Shown one piece after another: positions 20,041-29,857 of a DNA stretch of 64,000 bases (positions are counted from its first letter, which is position 1; every line of letters starts with the position of its first letter). Made by a program: the position numbers and the translations under genes. The DNA comes from Candidatus Iainarchaeum sp. (GTDB taxonomy: Archaea > Iainarchaeota > Iainarchaeia > Iainarchaeales > JAFCCW01), in assembly GCA_017609985.1 (NCBI GenBank), contig JAFCCW010000001.1, positions 1 through 64,000 of the forward strand. The letters are read 5' to 3'. Below the pieces are notes generated by a model that saw only the letters and a list, made by a program, of their open reading frames with translations, was not told where the DNA came from and made no database searches.

Positions 20041-20622
20041 TTAGAGAATATTTTTTCTGGCTAACACAAACAAAAGAAAATTTGAAGCCCAGCCAAGCAA
20101 ACCTGCGACAGTAAAAAGGCTGAAAGAACTATTTGAAAACCTCTGAGGAAAATTAATAGTAAGAATTGTTTTTGCAGGGCTTGCAGCTTGACCCGCAGCA
20201 AAAATTTCATTGCACTGGTCCTCAGCAAAGCAAACAGCAAGCTCGTCCACGCCAGTATTTGGCTGAACAGCAGGAAGATTATACCAATAAAGCCCGATAA
20301 AAAATGAGAAAAGTGCGAAGATTATGAAAATTGCGGGAAAAGCAAGCCTTAGGTTTTTGATATCTGGAAATTTTTTAACAACCCAGCCTGCTGAAACAAA
20401 AGCAAAGAAGAATCCAAAAACAGGAGAAACAAGATAGAGAAGACTCTGCTGAATAGAAGGAGGGCTTGCAAACAAATTAATAATCGGCAAAGAACCAAAA
20501 AGAGAAAAAAGAGAAGAAGAAGCTGCAGAATAAACCCAGACTATTACATAACTTACAATGAAAAGCATTGCCACTATTGCAGGCATTACTCTCGCTGAAC
20601 TGCTCGAATTCTTTTTTTCCAT
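20041..20622 (-). CDS. Membrane protein of unknown function
   Basis: About 4 TM helices; start moved to ATG 20622 to avoid overlap with rfcS. Confidence 0.65.
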   Translation of the reverse strand: MEKKNSSSSARVMPAIVAMLFIVSYVIVWVYSAASSSLFSLFGSLPIINLFASPPSIQQSLLYLVSPVFGFFFAFVSAGWVVKKFPDIKNLRLAFPAIFIIFALFSFFIGLYWYNLPAVQPNTGVDELAVCFAEDQCNEIFAAGQAASPAKTILTINFPQRFSNSSFSLFTVAGLLGWASNFLLFVLARKNIL

Positions 20623-20685
20623 AACAATACTAACCCAGTTAACGTTTTTAACCATTATCTTTGATAAGATTCTTGAGGGATTAAG

Positions 20686-21645
20686 ATGGAAATAGAATTG
20701 CCGTGGATTGAAAAATACAGGCCACAAAAACTGGAAGATGTTGTTGGTCAAGAAGAACCCATTAAAAGACTTCAAAGTTATGTGACCAACAAAACCCTGC
20801 CAAATTTGCTCTTTTCAGGCTCGGCCGGGGTTGGCAAAACATCCGCAGCAGTATCGCTTGCAAAAGAACTGTTTCAAACAGGATTTGAAAGAAATTTTCT
20901 TGAACTAAACGCAAGCGATGACAGGGGAATAGACGTAGTGAGGAAAACCATCAAAGACTTTGCAAGAACTCTGGCATTTGAAGCAGACTTTAAAATAATT
21001 TTTTTAGATGAAAGCGATGCACTAACATCCGATGCACAACAGGCACTTAGACGAACAATGGAAAAGTATACAAGAACCTGCAGATTTATTCTTTCATGCA
21101 ATTATTCTTCACGAATAATTGAACCAATTCAAAGCAGGTGTGTAGTGTTTAGATTCAGACCATTAAACAGCAAAGATGTTGAAAAGAAAATTTTGTCAAT
21201 CGCAGAAATTGAAAAAATTGAAATAGATGAAAGCGCACTCAAAGCAATTTCCTATGTGTCTCAAGGAGACATGCGAAAAGCAGTAAATGTTTTTCAGGCA
21301 GCAAGCAGTGGAAACGACAAGCTTGGAGAAGAATCTGTTTACAATGTTGCAAGCCAAGCAAGACCTGATGAAATAAAACAGCTCATAGAAAAAGCTCTTG
21401 CAGGAGAATTTCTAAAAGCAAGGGAACTGCTTGATAATCTGATGTACGAGCACGGAATGTCAGGAGAAGATGTTATTCTTCAACTGTACAGAGAACTCAT
21501 AGGAATGAGTGAAGAAGAAATGCCAAGCAAGAGAAAAATAGAACTTGTTGACACAATTGGCGAATACAACTTCAGACTGGTTGAAGGAGCAAATGAAAGA
21601 ATTCAACTGGAAGCACTCATCGCCCAGTTTGGAAAAAAAGAATGA
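20686..21645 (+). CDS. rfcS: Replication factor C small subunit
   Basis: PWIEKYRP, GVGKT, LELNASDDRGIDVVR, IQSRC. Confidence 0.96.
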   Translation: MEIELPWIEKYRPQKLEDVVGQEEPIKRLQSYVTNKTLPNLLFSGSAGVGKTSAAVSLAKELFQTGFERNFLELNASDDRGIDVVRKTIKDFARTLAFEADFKIIFLDESDALTSDAQQALRRTMEKYTRTCRFILSCNYSSRIIEPIQSRCVVFRFRPLNSKDVEKKILSIAEIEKIEIDESALKAISYVSQGDMRKAVNVFQAASSGNDKLGEESVYNVASQARPDEIKQLIEKALAGEFLKARELLDNLMYEHGMSGEDVILQLYRELIGMSEEEMPSKRKIELVDTIGEYNFRLVEGANERIQLEALIAQFGKKE

Positions 21646-21653
21646 CCTGGTTT

Positions 21654-23312
21654 TCATTCCTGAGGGCAGACAACTGTTGCTTCAGTGTAATCCCCAGGAT
21701 AAGATAAGTCTTTTTTTGGATTAAGTTTTACCCAGATAAAAAACTTTTCAGGAGAAAGATGCTTTGAAGGTTTTTTGGAAAACTGGAACAACTCGTTTTT
21801 CAGAGTCGGGTTTGTATCAACTAAATCACTCCATTTTTCATTCAGAGAATCAAACACTGGTCTTTTGTTTATTTCAGAAGCAAGTTTCTGCAAAGAGGCA
21901 ACAAGCTGGGAATGATTCATTGCAAAAAAATACTTACCTCCTGTCTGCTTCGCAACATCTGAAAGAGTTGTGTGCTCAAAAGGAGTTTTCATATATTCAT
22001 CTGAACCAATTCCAATTACATAAATTTTCACCCCGAACTTTTTCGCAAGCTTGATTGATTCTGAAAGACTGAAAACTGTTTTGTCTTCTCCAGTTACAGA
22101 ATCAAGAAGATGTGGATTTGTATCGTGGCCATCTGACAAGAGAATTATTATCCGTTCCCTGTTCTTAGGAACAGAAGAAAGACGCTGGAACGCAGGATAC
22201 ATTCCACTCAAAATGCACGTGCCCTCATTCCCCTTTATGTTTGGATAACTGCCCTGAATAGTTTTAAATACAGAGGAATGATCTGTTGAAATTCCTGAAA
22301 CAAGAAAATTTTTTGTGTCAAACTTAACAGCACCAATTCTGTCCTTGTCAGAAATTTTTTCAAAAAATGTTTCAAGAGCAAACAAGGCAGATTTCCATTT
22401 TGTGATTGTTGCACCCTCATACTTTGGCTCGCTCCATTCGCCGCGATTCACATAATAAACTGTTTTTGCAACAGACTCTGTTCTGGGAAAATCCCACTTC
22501 ATTGAACCTGATTTGTCAAGCACAAGCATTATGTCTGCTTCTACACCAGCCTGATTAGCAGGAGCATCATCAACCTCTGCTCTCACCCCGATTTCCACAT
22601 CAAAAAATTCAAGAGAAAAAGTTTCATCAAGCTTGTCAACAGCGGTGAGAACGCGATGGCTTGAAAGATCATAAACTGCTTTTGGGTTCTCAGGATCGCG
22701 GCAGATTGTTTTTCCAGAGGAATCAAAAGAAGGAGGAACAATTGCAAGAGTAAGAATTCCGCTTGGGCCAGGCTCTGGGCCAGGCTCTGGGGCAGGCTCT
22801 GGGGCAGGCTCTGGACCGGGATCCGGGTCAGGACCGGGGTTGGGATTAGGATCAGGAACTACAGCAGGAATACCATCTCCAAGCACTGGAATGATTCCTG
22901 TTTCGAGAACAATTCCTTCAGTATCATAGAACTCTTGAATATAATGATTTTTTGCGATAAAAGCAGTTATTGTAACTGTGTTTGGAACAGAGCGATCAAG
23001 AGGAGATGGAAGAGGAAACTCAAAATTAAGATTTTCTTCTTTCAGGATATCTGTTCTCTCCCGCTCCACAGACTGAGACAAGAAAAGACCAAGGCTGTTT
23101 CTGACTCCTATTTCAACTTCGTATTCACGAATTGCCTCATTCGGGTCAACAAGCTTAACAGCACTGACTATTCTCGGATTAGAAATTTTATCCTGAACAA
23201 GCTCGTATTCATAATAAATTTTAGGGCTTGAACTCTCAACCCTAAGAGTTTCAGAAAAGCATGTTTGAGATAAGAGAACAAAAGCCAGTGCAAGAATAAA
23301 GAATTTTTTCAT
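21654..23312 (-). CDS. Secreted vWA-domain protein with Pro-rich linker
   Basis: Signal peptide, PNPNPGPDPDPGPEPAPEP linker, MIDAS DKSGS...T...LSDG. Confidence 0.85.
   Translation of the reverse strand: MKKFFILALAFVLLSQTCFSETLRVESSSPKIYYEYELVQDKISNPRIVSAVKLVDPNEAIREYEVEIGVRNSLGLFLSQSVERERTDILKEENLNFEFPLPSPLDRSVPNTVTITAFIAKNHYIQEFYDTEGIVLETGIIPVLGDGIPAVVPDPNPNPGPDPDPGPEPAPEPAPEPGPEPGPSGILTLAIVPPSFDSSGKTICRDPENPKAVYDLSSHRVLTAVDKLDETFSLEFFDVEIGVRAEVDDAPANQAGVEADIMLVLDKSGSMKWDFPRTESVAKTVYYVNRGEWSEPKYEGATITKWKSALFALETFFEKISDKDRIGAVKFDTKNFLVSGISTDHSSVFKTIQGSYPNIKGNEGTCILSGMYPAFQRLSSVPKNRERIIILLSDGHDTNPHLLDSVTGEDKTVFSLSESIKLAKKFGVKIYVIGIGSDEYMKTPFEHTTLSDVAKQTGGKYFFAMNHSQLVASLQKLASEINKRPVFDSLNEKWSDLVDTNPTLKNELFQFSKKPSKHLSPEKFFIWVKLNPKKDLSYPGDYTEATVVCPQE
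22764..22856 (-). repeat. Coding tandem repeat (12-bp units) encoding the PEPA/PEPG linker
   Basis: Four copies of caggctctgg.. on the + strand. Confidence 0.8.
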
Positions 23313-23321
23313 TTAAATCAC

Positions 23322-23759
23322 TTACGAATACGATGAAGAAAGTTTTTTGTGAAGCGCAATTTCAAGATTGGAAAATTTTTCACTACAATCTGCTAACTGA
23401 TTAATAAAAGCAGACTGCAATTCAAAATAAGTAGAAGCTTCCTCTTCAGAAGAATTTTCAAAATCTATTTCTTGCGGAGCAGACTGTTTTGCAGAATCAA
23501 TGCAGGACTCGTAATCAGAAACAAGGCTGTTCAAAGAAGAATCATTGTATTCCTTGACTATGAGAAGAAATGTTTCAGAACTTGATTTTTCAGGATAAAT
23601 TGTTTTTGAAACCAGACCCTCTGAAGCAAGCCTTGATTCAAGAGAAACAAAAAAAAGCTTGCCATCAACATGGCTTGAAGAAGGCTGAAAAAACAAAAAA
23701 CCTGCAACAATGGCAAAAAATACTGCAACTGCAAGAAAGAATAATTCTCTTTTTTCCAT
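23322..23759 (-). CDS. Hypothetical protein with N-terminal membrane anchor
   Basis: N-terminal hydrophobic helix; directly upstream of the vWA gene on the same strand. Confidence 0.65.
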   Translation of the reverse strand: MEKRELFFLAVAVFFAIVAGFLFFQPSSSHVDGKLFFVSLESRLASEGLVSKTIYPEKSSSETFLLIVKEYNDSSLNSLVSDYESCIDSAKQSAPQEIDFENSSEEEASTYFELQSAFINQLADCSEKFSNLEIALHKKLSSSYS

Positions 23760-23829
23760 ACAAATAAAGAGGGATAAATTGTATTTAATGCTTTGCAGAA
23801 GAGATATTTCATGATTAAAATTTGCAGAA

Positions 23830-25068
23830 TTAAGAAAACCATTCAGTCAAGCGACGCTGCTTTTTAAGATTATCAATCAGTTTTGATTCTGCGAGATAGT
23901 GAGACAAGGGAACTGAAAGTTTGTTGGAAACATACTCAAGAGCAAGATCAAGGTCAAAAAAGTTAAGAGGTTTTGAGGACAAGGCATTTCTGACAGTTTC
24001 CCTAATAACCCAGACACCCAGAGGAATATTGTATTCAGAACCGATTTCGCGAAAAACAATTGCGGAAGACTGCCTCTTTAATTCAACCAACTTTTCTGCA
24101 ACAGCAAGACGAGCAGAATAATAAGCACCTTCAACATTGCTCGCATATGACTTGCGGGGCTTGTAAAATTCATGGTCTTGAATAACCTGCGAAGTTTTTG
24201 CTTCAGCAGTCCACGTCCCACCAGGAAGCCAGCACTCCAACTGTTCAAAAGACCATTCAGAAGGAATAAGAAGAATAAAAAAGCGGTTGTCAAGATAGAT
24301 TGAAGAAAAAAGAAGAATTTCTCCAAGCTGTTGAAATTGCTTTACTTTTTCCTCAATTAACTTTTTTGAAAGAGAATCATCAGCAGCAGTAATAGACCAG
24401 CGAAGAGGAACAAGCTTGCGCTTTTTCCTGACTCCAAGAGTCCCAAGGGAAAGAAGCTTGTAAAGATATGAAACCGGCAAGCCAGAATCATAGAGTTCCG
24501 AGAGCGCAGTATTTGCTTTGACTGCAGTGTCAGAAACAAGATAATCAACCTTTTGAGGAACAGAAGTGTTTTCCGTGAGCGAGAATTTTTTGAGAGAAGC
24601 GCGGGGGCCGAGCGGAGCAGTAGTGTCAGAAAAGGAAAGAGAAGGAGAAGGCTTTTTGAAAAGAGAAATTTCAACATCAGTTGGCTTGTCACTCATCGCA
24701 AGATCCTGAAGGTCAAGAAGAGAATAAGACGGATTAGCTGCTTCGTGAACAGAAATTGGACGAGTGGAATGCACAAGGGATTCGCGAAAAGAAACAATTT
24801 CTTCCTGTGATAGGGAAAACCATTTTTCCGGAGAATCCAATAAAGCAGCTTTCGGGGTTTGTTCAGTCGGGGAGAGAGGAGCAATTGAAACCTTTGGATA
24901 ACCCTTCCAAGAAACAAATACACTGGGGGGAGACGAACCCTGAAAACTTGTTCCCTTTATGTTGGAAACAACTTTTTTCTGGCTTGAATGACGTTCGAGA
25001 ATAGGACACTTCTTGGCTCCACACAAGAGCTTGCCCTTGCACTTGATACAGAGAGAAGGAGAAACCAT
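23830..25068 (-). CDS. nreA: Nre family DNA repair protein (PCNA-interacting)
   Basis: N-terminal CxxCKG...CG...CP, LVPLRWSITA.D, GAYY.ARLAV.E, C-terminal PIP box QRRLTEWF. Confidence 0.92.
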   Translation of the reverse strand: MVSPSLCIKCKGKLLCGAKKCPILERHSSQKKVVSNIKGTSFQGSSPPSVFVSWKGYPKVSIAPLSPTEQTPKAALLDSPEKWFSLSQEEIVSFRESLVHSTRPISVHEAANPSYSLLDLQDLAMSDKPTDVEISLFKKPSPSLSFSDTTAPLGPRASLKKFSLTENTSVPQKVDYLVSDTAVKANTALSELYDSGLPVSYLYKLLSLGTLGVRKKRKLVPLRWSITAADDSLSKKLIEEKVKQFQQLGEILLFSSIYLDNRFFILLIPSEWSFEQLECWLPGGTWTAEAKTSQVIQDHEFYKPRKSYASNVEGAYYSARLAVAEKLVELKRQSSAIVFREIGSEYNIPLGVWVIRETVRNALSSKPLNFFDLDLALEYVSNKLSVPLSHYLAESKLIDNLKKQRRLTEWFS

Positions 25069-25184
25069 TAGAAAAACCCCAACATATATTGAACTTGCTC
25101 GGAAGGTTTTAAGGAATTAATGAAATAGGACTCAGAAAAGAACAAAAACAAGCATTTAAAAAAACTAAGATTGAATAATATTTT

Positions 25185-25309
25185 ATGTGGCTTGAAAGAA
25201 GGTGTTTTCGGACAGTGCAGCGGTAGTGCACTTTTCCAGAAAATTAAAGAAAAAAACTGTACTGATTCTGTAACAACCTTTGAAGAAGAGCCAAACGGAG
25301 GCGTGAAAA
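25185..25309 (+). promoter_or_regulatory. Structured 5' leader of thrS with tRNA-Thr anticodon-loop-like hairpin
   Basis: TTTAAA box at 25155-25160. Stem AGTGCA/TGCACT closes the 7-nt loop GCGGTAG with GGT central and extends via TTTTC-GGA/TCC-A-GAAAA. GGAGG RBS before the ATG at 25310. Confidence 0.5.
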
Positions 25310-27223
25310 ATGGCAGACCTAAAACTTGAGTTTCCAGATGGAAGCAAGAAAGACTACAAAAAAGGAATAACTGGATTGGAAATTGCAAAAGAAATTGGTG
25401 AAAGACTCGCAAAAGACGCAATAGCTATAGAAATAGATGGAAGCCTGCTTGATTTGACACGCCCAATAGAAACAAGCGGAAAATTCAGAATAATTACTTT
25501 TAAAGACGCAGAAGGAAAACAGGTTTTATGGCACTCTGCAAGCCATGTCATGGCCGAAGCAGTGCAGAAACTCTGGCCGGATGTCAAGCTGGCAATAGGG
25601 CCGTCAATAGAAGAAGGATTCTACTATGACTTTGACAAAGAAACTCCGTTTACCCCAAGCGACCTTATAAAGATTGAAAAGGAAATGAAAAACATAGTCA
25701 ATGAAAATACAAAATTTGAAAGAACAGAAATCGGAAAGAAAGAAGCATTGGCTCATTTCAGAGAAATAAACGAAGAATACAAAGTTGAAATGATTGAAGA
25801 AATTGAAGACGAAAAAATCTCGTTTTACACAAATGGAAAATTCACAGACTTCTGCAGAGGACCGCATGTTCCAAGCACAGGATATGTAAAAGCATTCAAG
25901 CTATTGAAAGTCTCAGGAGCCTATTGGAGAGGAAGCGAAAAAAACAAGATGCTTCAAAGAATTTATGGAATTGCATTCAATGACAAAAAGCTTCTGAAAG
26001 AATGGTTGGGAAAGAGAGAAGAAGCAGAAAAAAGAAACCACATAAAGCTTGGAAAAGAACTTGACTTGTTCAGCATGCAGGACGCTGCTCCAGGATGTGC
26101 TTTCTTTCACCCGAAAGGAATGGTGTTATGGAATGAACTCATGAAATTTTGGAAAGAAGAACATTTCAAAGACGGATACGTGGAAATAAAAACTCCAGAG
26201 ATACTGAGACGAAACTTGTGGGAACAATCAGGTCACTGGGATCACTACAAGGAAAATATGTATTTTACAAAAATAGATGACGAAGACTTTGCAATAAAAC
26301 CAATGAACTGCCCGGGAGGAATTCTTGTTTACAAAACCGAAAGACACTCGTACAGAGATCTTCCAATAAAAATGGGAGAAGTAGGAACAGTGCATAGACA
26401 CGAGCTAAGCGGAGTGCTAAACGGGCTGTTCAGAGTAAGAAAATTTACACAGGACGATGCACACATATACTGCACAAGAGAACAGGTCAGAGAAGAAGTC
26501 TTAGGAGTAATAGACCTTATTGACAGAGTCTACAAAGTATTTGGATTTGAATACCACATGGAATTGAGCACACGCCCTGACAAAAGCATTGGAAGCGATG
26601 AAGTATGGGCTACAGCAGAAAAGTCACTTAAAGAAGCTCTTGAGTCCACTGGAAAAGAATTCAAAATCAATGAAGGAGACGGTGCATTCTATGGGCCAAA
26701 AATTGACTTTCACATAAAAGATTCATTGGGAAGGACTTGGCAGTGCGGAACAGTACAGCTTGATTTTGCAATGCCGGAAAAGTTTGACCTATACTATATT
26801 GACGAAAATGACAACAAAAAACAGCCAGTAATGCTGCACAGGGTTGTGTTTGGGTCAGTGGAAAGATTTATTGGAAACATAATAGAACATTACGGAGGCG
26901 ACTTTCCAACCTGGCTTGCTCCAGTGCAAGTAAAGGTTATTGCAGTAAGTGATGAGTTCGGAGACTATGCAAAAAAAGTACACAATGAATTGAGAAACAA
27001 GTTAATTAGAAGCGAACTGGATTTGCGCAAGGAAACTGTTTCAAAAAAAGTCAGGGACGCAGAGCTTCAAAAAGTTCCGTATATTATAAACATCGGCGGC
27101 AAAGAAAAAGAAGCAGGAACAGTGGCTGTGAGAGGAAGAGATGGAAAGGTAAAGTTTGGAGTAAAGCTTGAAGACTTTATCAAAAGCATTGAGAAAGAAG
27201 TTTCTGAAAGAAAAAACATTTAG
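25310..27223 (+). CDS. thrS: Threonyl-tRNA synthetase, bacterial/eukaryal type (TGS + editing + catalytic + anticodon-binding)
   Basis: WHSASHVMA, DFCRGPH, KPMNCP, FYGPKID, HR...GS.ERF. Confidence 0.97.
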   Translation: MADLKLEFPDGSKKDYKKGITGLEIAKEIGERLAKDAIAIEIDGSLLDLTRPIETSGKFRIITFKDAEGKQVLWHSASHVMAEAVQKLWPDVKLAIGPSIEEGFYYDFDKETPFTPSDLIKIEKEMKNIVNENTKFERTEIGKKEALAHFREINEEYKVEMIEEIEDEKISFYTNGKFTDFCRGPHVPSTGYVKAFKLLKVSGAYWRGSEKNKMLQRIYGIAFNDKKLLKEWLGKREEAEKRNHIKLGKELDLFSMQDAAPGCAFFHPKGMVLWNELMKFWKEEHFKDGYVEIKTPEILRRNLWEQSGHWDHYKENMYFTKIDDEDFAIKPMNCPGGILVYKTERHSYRDLPIKMGEVGTVHRHELSGVLNGLFRVRKFTQDDAHIYCTREQVREEVLGVIDLIDRVYKVFGFEYHMELSTRPDKSIGSDEVWATAEKSLKEALESTGKEFKINEGDGAFYGPKIDFHIKDSLGRTWQCGTVQLDFAMPEKFDLYYIDENDNKKQPVMLHRVVFGSVERFIGNIIEHYGGDFPTWLAPVQVKVIAVSDEFGDYAKKVHNELRNKLIRSELDLRKETVSKKVRDAELQKVPYIINIGGKEKEAGTVAVRGRDGKVKFGVKLEDFIKSIEKEVSERKNI

Positions 27224-27236
27224 GAATTAAAAATCC

Positions 27237-28412
27237 TCAAAGACAGTCAGAGTAAATCTTGTTTACCTTGCTTTTGTCAAGCTCAACAGGATTTCGAGAG
27301 AGAGTGCGCTGGCTTGCATTGAAAGTGTCTTTGCAAAACTTCTCAATGTCTTTATTTGAATAACCAAGTTCAGACAATGGTTTGAACAAGCCAATCTTTT
27401 TTGAGAGTTCAATTACTGCCTGAACTGAAGAAACAGGATTTGCGTCTTTTCCAAAAGCAGTTGAAATTTCTGAATAATGCTTTTTTGTTTTTTCATCGCC
27501 AAACTCTATGTTAAGAGTCATTATTGTTGGAGAGAGCGAAGCAAGAGCCTGACCGTGAGCTATCTCAGTATTGTTTCCAGAAATTGCATGAGACAAAGCA
27601 TGAACTGCAATTGTTCCGCTGAGAGTAATTGCAATTCCAGCAAAAGTGTCTGCTAAAGCCATTCCTTGCCTTGCTTCAAGATTGTCTCCGTTTTCAAATG
27701 CATTGACAAGATGCCTTGAAACAAGCTCTATTGCCGTAAGAGAAAAAGGAGCAGTAAAAGGACTAGTATTAGTGCTTACATGAGCCTCCATTGCATGAGC
27801 AAGAACATCAAAACCAGTTTCAGCAGTAACCTTGGCAGGCATGCTCTTCACAAGTTCAAGATCGTAAATGCTTTCAACAGGATAAATAAATTCACTTCTC
27901 ATTCCTGTTTTTTCCCCAGTCTCAGGATTGGTAACAACAGCATAAGGAGTAACATGCGAGCCAGTTCCAGAAGTAGAAGTAATCGCAATCAATGGAAGCG
28001 TAGCAGAAGTAATTGGTTTTGGTTCGCGATCGGAAGTACCAATAAAATTCCAGATTGTGTCATCTTCCTCAAAATGAGTAATGCCAACAGCTATTGCCTT
28101 TGCAGCATCCATTGCACTTCCCCCTCCAAGAGCAACAACAACATCACAGTCTGAATTTTTTCCAATAAAAATTCCCTTATCAATTGTTGGAACAGACGGG
28201 TTTGGTTCAACTCCCTCAAACACAGTTACTTCAAGTCCAGATTGCTCTAAGAATTTCTTTGTAGAGTCAAGAAAGCCAAGCTTTTTCATAGCACCTTCTC
28301 CAGCAACAAGAAGTGCTTTCGAACCATGCAAAGAAGTTTTTTTTCCAACCTTGCCCAATACTCCTTTTCCAAAAGAAAGAAATGTGCGGGGGAGAAATGC
28401 AGAAAAATTCAA
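27237..28412 (-). CDS. Iron-containing alcohol dehydrogenase
   Basis: GGGSAMDAAK, TSGTGS, DVLAHAME, HALSH and HG iron ligands. Confidence 0.92.
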   Translation of the reverse strand: MNFSAFLPRTFLSFGKGVLGKVGKKTSLHGSKALLVAGEGAMKKLGFLDSTKKFLEQSGLEVTVFEGVEPNPSVPTIDKGIFIGKNSDCDVVVALGGGSAMDAAKAIAVGITHFEEDDTIWNFIGTSDREPKPITSATLPLIAITSTSGTGSHVTPYAVVTNPETGEKTGMRSEFIYPVESIYDLELVKSMPAKVTAETGFDVLAHAMEAHVSTNTSPFTAPFSLTAIELVSRHLVNAFENGDNLEARQGMALADTFAGIAITLSGTIAVHALSHAISGNNTEIAHGQALASLSPTIMTLNIEFGDEKTKKHYSEISTAFGKDANPVSSVQAVIELSKKIGLFKPLSELGYSNKDIEKFCKDTFNASQRTLSRNPVELDKSKVNKIYSDCL

Positions 28413-28837
28413 ACAATCCCCTCTTTTTCAGAAATGAATTTTTTAGCTAATGCAATAATGTTCATGTCATTGTCAAACGTAAGCCGAGAAAAAGATTCCT
28501 TGAATGAAAGCCATTCAAAACCCTGGTGCTCGTGAGAAATTGAAACACGGGATTCCCCAGTCTTTGCCACAAGATAGTGAACTGTCTTGTTAACAGGTTT
28601 TCCCTTGCTTGAAAAAAAGTACTGTATTTTTTCCTGAAAACCAGGAATAAAAACAAATTTCGTGATTCCTGTTTCCTCAATTATTTCACGGCGAGCTGTT
28701 TCCTCTTTTGTTTCCTCAGATTCACGATGGCCTTTTGGAAAACTCCAGTGACCGCCAGGATAATGAAGAAGAAGAAAAAGAATAGACTGCTCTTCAATTC
28801 TGTAAAGCACTGCCCCAACACTCTTTTCTTTTGTCAT
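28409..28837 (-). CDS. NUDIX hydrolase, Ap4A hydrolase-like
   Basis: GHWSFPKGH...TARREIIEETG Nudix box; SHEH. Confidence 0.9.
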   Translation of the reverse strand: MTKEKSVGAVLYRIEEQSILFLLLHYPGGHWSFPKGHRESEETKEETARREIIEETGITKFVFIPGFQEKIQYFFSSKGKPVNKTVHYLVAKTGESRVSISHEHQGFEWLSFKESFSRLTFDNDMNIIALAKKFISEKEGIV

Positions 28838-28890
28838 ACAATTAATAAGTTACGAAATTTTTAAATAGAAGAAGCCTTTATATAATAATT

Positions 28891-29229
28891 GTGGCTAGAA
28901 GAAGACCGTGGAAAAAACCCGAAAAGGAAGCAAAAAAAGAAACAAAAAGAGATCCACGAACAAAAAGACCAGACTTAGATAGAGCAGACGAAGATTTGCT
29001 AAGAGGAAACTCTGAAAGAATAAAAAAAACTCTTCGCAGGCAAACTCGTAAAAAACTTAAACAGATACTGGAACAAATTCCGAGAGACCTCGCTTCCGCA
29101 CAAATTGGACTTAGACTACTAGATAGGGAAAAAAGCCCTGGCAAAAAAGAAGATTACAAAAGAGATATTCGCTATTTAATCGCCTTGCAAAAAGCAGTCA
29201 CGGAAGTTTTAGCAGAAAGAGAAAAATAA
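28891..29229 (+). CDS. Hypothetical basic protein
   Basis: 112-aa Arg/Lys-rich ORF; TTTAAA box about 30 nt upstream. Confidence 0.6.
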   Translation: MARRRPWKKPEKEAKKETKRDPRTKRPDLDRADEDLLRGNSERIKKTLRRQTRKKLKQILEQIPRDLASAQIGLRLLDREKSPGKKEDYKRDIRYLIALQKAVTEVLAEREK

Positions 29230-29248
29230 GCTTGGAAAAAAGTAAAAC

Positions 29249-29857
29249 TTATTCAATAAACTGTTCATAATTTTGAGAATTGAATCTATAAAGAAATTTT
29301 CTAATTTTTGAATTATCAAATTCATACTTGAGAAGAACTTCTTCTTTTCTTCCACAAAACTCGCTAAAATCGTGTTTTTGAGAAGGGTCAAGGATGTAAA
29401 AATTGCCTTCAATTTCAGAAATAACAAAAGCATGCATTTTCAAAGAATCAAGTTCCGCAATAACAACTTCTGCTTTTCCATCACCAAGACCTGCGAGAAT
29501 AGAGCAAAGAAAAAGCGCAAGGTCTTCATCATCCCCTACTTTTTCAGTCATTATTTCTTTTGGAGAAATCCAATAATTAAGAGAAACATCAAGCTCTGCA
29601 AAATCAATTTCGTCTCTGACAAATTCAAAAGCAATTTTTGCGGTAGAAAGATAATCTTTTTCAAAAGAATAGTTTTCAGGGGAAAGGTCAGCTACAAGAG
29701 ACTGAACTGTGAGATCTTCGCCGTTAACAAGCGCTTTTATCTCCCCAATAGTGCGCTTTTCCTTCTCGTTAATCAAGTCTGAATATTTCTGAATAAGAAG
29801 CCTGTAAAGCTTTAGTTTCAGTTCCGTATCGGAAGCAGCCTTTTTTGGCTCATTCAT
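29249..29857 (-). CDS. Transglutaminase-like fold protein lacking the catalytic Cys
   Basis: FEFVRDEI, YWISP.E, GDDEDLALF (usually GDCEDxA), HAFV, ILDPS; start moved to ATG 29857. Confidence 0.75.
   Translation of the reverse strand: MNEPKKAASDTELKLKLYRLLIQKYSDLINEKEKRTIGEIKALVNGEDLTVQSLVADLSPENYSFEKDYLSTAKIAFEFVRDEIDFAELDVSLNYWISPKEIMTEKVGDDEDLALFLCSILAGLGDGKAEVVIAELDSLKMHAFVISEIEGNFYILDPSQKHDFSEFCGRKEEVLLKYEFDNSKIRKFLYRFNSQNYEQFIE

Noticed and set aside
25185-25309. T-box riboswitch upstream of thrS
   Set aside because: No UGGNACC T-box sequence or terminator/antiterminator; too short.
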